Source of the DNA: Salpingoeca rosetta
Lineage: Eukaryota; Protista; Choanoflagellata
DNA: 64,000 nt
Direction of reading: 5' to 3'
Assembly (NCBI GenBank): GCA_033442325.1
Contig: JAWQFM010000001.1
Location: 2,564,973-2,628,972, forward strand
Positions 51,901 through 64,000 of this stretch are shown one piece after another. Each line of letters starts with the position of its first letter. Within the stretch, counting starts at the first letter, position 1. The notes under the pieces were generated by a model. The model was not told where the DNA came from. It searched no databases and saw only the letters and a program-made list of their open reading frames with translations. A program made the translations under genes and the position numbers.

Positions 51901-54514
51901 CAGAGAGAGAGAGAGAGACAGAGAGAGAGAGGATCCACATACACACACACGCACGCACACACACACACACTCTCTCTCTCACTCTCACATTCACACAATA
52001 ATATACAATGACACACAACAACCGCTGTTGTACACTTCATGCAACGTGCAGCAGCGAAGAGCGTACGGAGGTGACGGTGGTGATGTGGGATCCATCCTCG
52101 GCCTTGCGGTAGGTGAAACGCGTGTAGCCAATGTTCACGCGCGCACGCACCGTCTTCTTCACCTGGAGCGGTGACACATGCGCGTGTTGCAGTGGGTGAG
52201 GTGGAGCAAGGGTTGTTGAGACACAGGCTGCTGATATGACATGACATGCCATGACATGACATGATAGGATTGTAGTGGAGGAGGCGGTAGTCGTCATCGT
52301 GCTATGGTGGTACTGGCGGTGGTGGTGCAAGTGTTCAGACTTTGGTTGCGAGCGGGTGGAGAACGGAAGTGGTGAGGAGGACGCGCTCCTCTGTGTTGGA
52401 CGGGTCCTCAACAGATCCTTCGCAGATGGTCCTGCACACACCACACAAACACGGCAATATCAACACGACCAAGCAGGCAAGCAGGCGGCGGCGGCGGCGG
52501 TGATGGTGGAAGGGGGGATTGAGTTGGGGAATTGAGTGTGTGGGTTGGGCGGAGTTGCTGCACCAAGCACACAACAGGTTACGCCTGTTGCACAGAGAGA
52601 CAGGAAGAGAGGGTGGATTCCAACATCGACACAGACACGGACACACAGACACGCAGACACGCAGACAGACGCACACACACACAGCCAGCCAGCCAGACAC
52701 AGACACACAGACACACACACAGCCAGCCAGACAGACACAGACACAGAGCCCGCGACTGACGTGAAAGCGACGACGTCGCGGTTGTCCATGACAGGGACGT
52801 TGTAGAGGACGTAGAGATACTCCGAGTTGTCGTCAATTGTCTCGAGCGTGTTGCACTTGAGCATGTCCGGCTGCGTCTTCTTCCACGCATCTGCACCATG
52901 ATATATATGGGCACGCAAGCAGCGTTAGCAGCATGAGCGCATGGGCGAGCAAAAAAAAAAAAACAAAACAACGCCAGCAAAGCTTGAGTAACGCTTCAGC
53001 ATGAACTATCCAACAAACCTACACACACACACACGCATAAATACACATACGCATAAATACACACACGCACATAAGCACACACACACGAGAAGTGAACGCA
53101 CCTTTGTCGTTGAAGACGTGAACAACCTGAACAAACCAGAGCAAAACAGATGAAAAGAAGTACCCACATGTGAAGACCAGCACAACAACTCAACCACAAC
53201 GGCGGCCACAAGCGCACCATCCAATCGACGGTTGGCATTCACACATCAGCAGCTCGCTGCACCGGCGCAACGCAAGGCAGTCCAAAGTACAATGAGCATG
53301 GTGGTTACAGCACCTTCGCGAGCGGGGCGCGGACGTCGTAGCTGGCGCGAACACACACGAGGTTGCTGTTGGCAAGCTTCTTCACGTCAATCGTCACGCC
53401 GTTCTTATCCACTTTGCGGATCCACGTGTCCTCAGGCTCCCTGGTTGCCATGATGGTGGTGGGAGGGAAGGGTAGCGTCGGTAATGGGAGTACAGAGGAC
53501 AACGGCAGGCGGTGAGATGCATGGATGACAACACGCTTGCAAGAAGTGGAAGCTTTGTGTTGGCGTGCACCAGCAGCACACGATGGAAGACACACAAACA
53601 TACACACACGCGCACGCACATACACACACACACATGCACACGCATATCTACGCAGACAGCGTCAACGCACTGCAGGAGAGGCTTGAGCTTCTCCAAGAGC
53701 TCCTGCTTGACGGCGACGGGATCTGTCATCGCACGCAACAGCAGGTGCGATGAGCGGACACAAGGAAGCAAACAAACAAACCGAAACAATCGTATGAGGG
53801 ACCGCGAGAACGACGGCGGACACGGCAAGTGCCGTGAGTGCTATCCACAAACATCACGGGCTACAGGGGATCAAGAGAGTGTCATGGTGTCCTTCTGCCT
53901 TACCTGGTTTTGGGGGATGCTCATCCGGGTTCTCGTCGATGCGCAGCTGTTGAGTGGTTTGGTTGGGGGGGTGTTGCACGTTATGAGTTTGTGCATTTGG
54001 AAACGAACGCAGGCACATGGCAAGGACCACGCAGCTCAGACCATCAAAACAACATCTCAAACACAAGAACGCACGTGTACAAACGTGAACGCATACGTGC
54101 GGACACGCGGCTAACAAGCATAAACGCACGCGCGCGCACACAAACACAAACACACACACATACACGCACACAAACAAACAAACACACAAACAAACACACA
54201 CAAACACACACACACATACACGCACACATACACGCACACAAACAAACAAACACACACACACAAACACACCAACAGCACACCTGTTGGAGTGTGAGGTGAC
54301 AGGTGTCGCATGTCCGCTGGGGACCTTCAAGGCCATATTGCGCAGGCAGCACATCCTTGTGGTGGCTGCACGTTTGGCAGAAGGTACGACCACAAGCGCG
54401 GCAGTGGTGCTTGCGACGCGTCATTGTGAACGACTTGCAGCAGGCATTGCACTCCTTGGCATGCTCCTCCCACACTGGTGGGTCGGTCTCTCCGCTCGTG
54501 TTCAGGTCAGACAT
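51548..54514 (-). CDS. FYVE-START lipid-transfer protein
   Basis: FYVE: VWEEHAKECNAC..RRKHHCRACGRTFC..QRTCDTC. START: WIRKVDKNGVTI, YNVPVMDNRDVV, SVLHPL..VRARV and HTDPRGMIPPKLVN. Stop at 51548. An upstream exon is possible (acceptor near 54548). Confidence 0.85.
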
Positions 54515-55065
54515 GGCTGTGGCTCTGTTTCCGGTGCTCTTGGTGTCCTGCAGACTGCGCATGTGTGAACAAAGGAGGAGGCGACAACAAAACACAAATT
54601 TGCAGACGTGACACATGACACACAAGGAACACGTGAGAGCGGTGAAGGTGAGTGCCAAAAAGGTGCGTGTGGGTGTGCATGTGTACGCGACGAGAGCAAA
54701 CAAGGCGAAGAGACCCTCGCCACTCCAACACATACACACGCGCACACATACAGTATGTATGCGCACACGACGACGATGATGAATCACATCCACATCACAG
54801 CATCACATCACAACAGCATCTCCTCATCTCATCACACGTCACGCCACCACCCACCAGCCAAACACAAACACACCACCAACACCACCTTGTTCTTCTCCAA
54901 ACAGCAGCTCGGATGTGGAATAATTGCGGTATCATTCCGCAACTATCGCACCACACAAACGCGCCGCCCACCACCACTGACAACGAACACCCCAGCCAGC
55001 AAACATCCAAATCCGTTTTGGTTGCACGCCTGGCTGCGATCTCTCAAGAAGTGACATTGCATGCG

Positions 55066-62945
<7,880 letters not shown>

Positions 62946-63533
62946 GTGACGCGAAGTGTGTGTGTGTGTGTGTGTGTCTGTGTGTGTGTCTGTGTGTGTG
63001 TGTGTGTGTGTCTGTGTGTGTCGATGTGTGTCTGTGTCTGTGTGTGTCTGTGTCTGTGTGTGTCTGTGTGTCTGTGTGTGTGATAGCCTCTGTGTGTGTG
63101 TGATAGCCTCTGTGTGTGTGTGTCTGTGTCTATGTGTGTGTTCGCCTCTGTGTGTGCGTATTGTAGCCTGTGTTGACTTGGCACATGTTAACACCTGATC
63201 AAGGCGTGGCTTTGAATGCAATGTGTTGAGCTGTTGCCATACTGCGAGCGGGCTTTATGCTACAGCATCGAAGTGCGCTCCCACCTTTTCACCTGTTACA
63301 ACCTGTTCCACCACTTCCGAAATGATGTGCACCGTACATTGAGTTTTAATACTTGTGTTTCAGAGGAAGCCATGGGGAGGTGGGCAGAGAGGGAGGCAAG
63401 CAAAGCACAGTGGGAGGAGGTTGGGAAACACTTTGGGAAACAGAGAGACACGTCTTTGATTATGTGAGGTCAATAGAATCATCGTTGCACACAGAGGTGT
63501 GTGAAGCATTGAGGATGGGAAGGTCAAGGTGGC

Positions 63534-63883
63534 TCAGAAGCGGCAACCGGAGGTGGGGATGATGTACCCGTCATGGTAAGGTGGAGACCATTGCACGAGG
63601 ACAAGCGAGGGGCCGTGCAGCTGCCCGTCAAAGGCATGCGGTTTGCCCTTTGGGATGAAGAAGCTGTCGCCTGGGTTCTGGGGCACCGGTTTGCCGTAGT
63701 CGACGTAGAACTGGCCGCCGCCGTGCAGCACGCGCTGCAGCGTGTCTCCAGGGTGATAATGGCAGAACTCTGTGCGGTTTGTGGCGAACATGTGGAAGGA
63801 GAAGTGCTCTGTCACCAACAGTGTGCGGTTTGCCGCGTGCACGGTTGGAGAAAGCTCTGCCAACAGCTTTTCGCCAATTGCAC
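63534..63883 (-). CDS. Cupin-domain protein, terminal exon; 5' part beyond the window
   Basis: CTGCAG acceptor after a CA tract. Cupin motif 1 HYHPGDTLQRVLHG and motif 2 PGDSFFIPKGKPHAF. Confidence 0.7.
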
Positions 63884-64000
63884 CTGCAGGTGTGCGTGTG
63901 TGTGTGTGTGGTGGGGGGGGGGGGGGTGAGTGGGCGAGTGAGTGTGCGTGTGTGCAAGTGCGTGTGTTTGTGTGAATGTGTGTGTTTGTGAGTGTGTGTG

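Overview
Intron-rich eukaryotic genomic DNA with abundant (GT)n/(CA)n microsatellites in introns and four 100-N scaffold gaps. Gene content and intron style suggest a choanoflagellate such as Salpingoeca rosetta (inference). I reconstruct about 16 spliced or single-exon genes: CFAP74 (3' end), C8orf76-like, OSGEP/KAE1, a U-box protein ending in CaaX, KIF15, NDC80, a tandem PemK/MazF-like gene, MRPS31, NDUFA8, TTC25/ODAD4, GRASP, an ARM-TIR protein, a degenerate M48/TMEM177-like gene, a FYVE-START protein, an NWD-type NACHT-WD40 protein and the 3' end of a cupin gene. The standout is a spliced ~235-aa gene at 26.6-27.7 kb (-) that appears to encode two tandem bacterial MazF/PemK-toxin-like domains, with no antitoxin visible. 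Also notable are six head-to-head gene pairs, two of them functionally matched (KIF15/NDC80 with CHR/E2F-like motifs, and MRPS31/NDUFA8). All family assignments are by eye from remembered motifs; no database searches were run, and exon boundaries are manual predictions.
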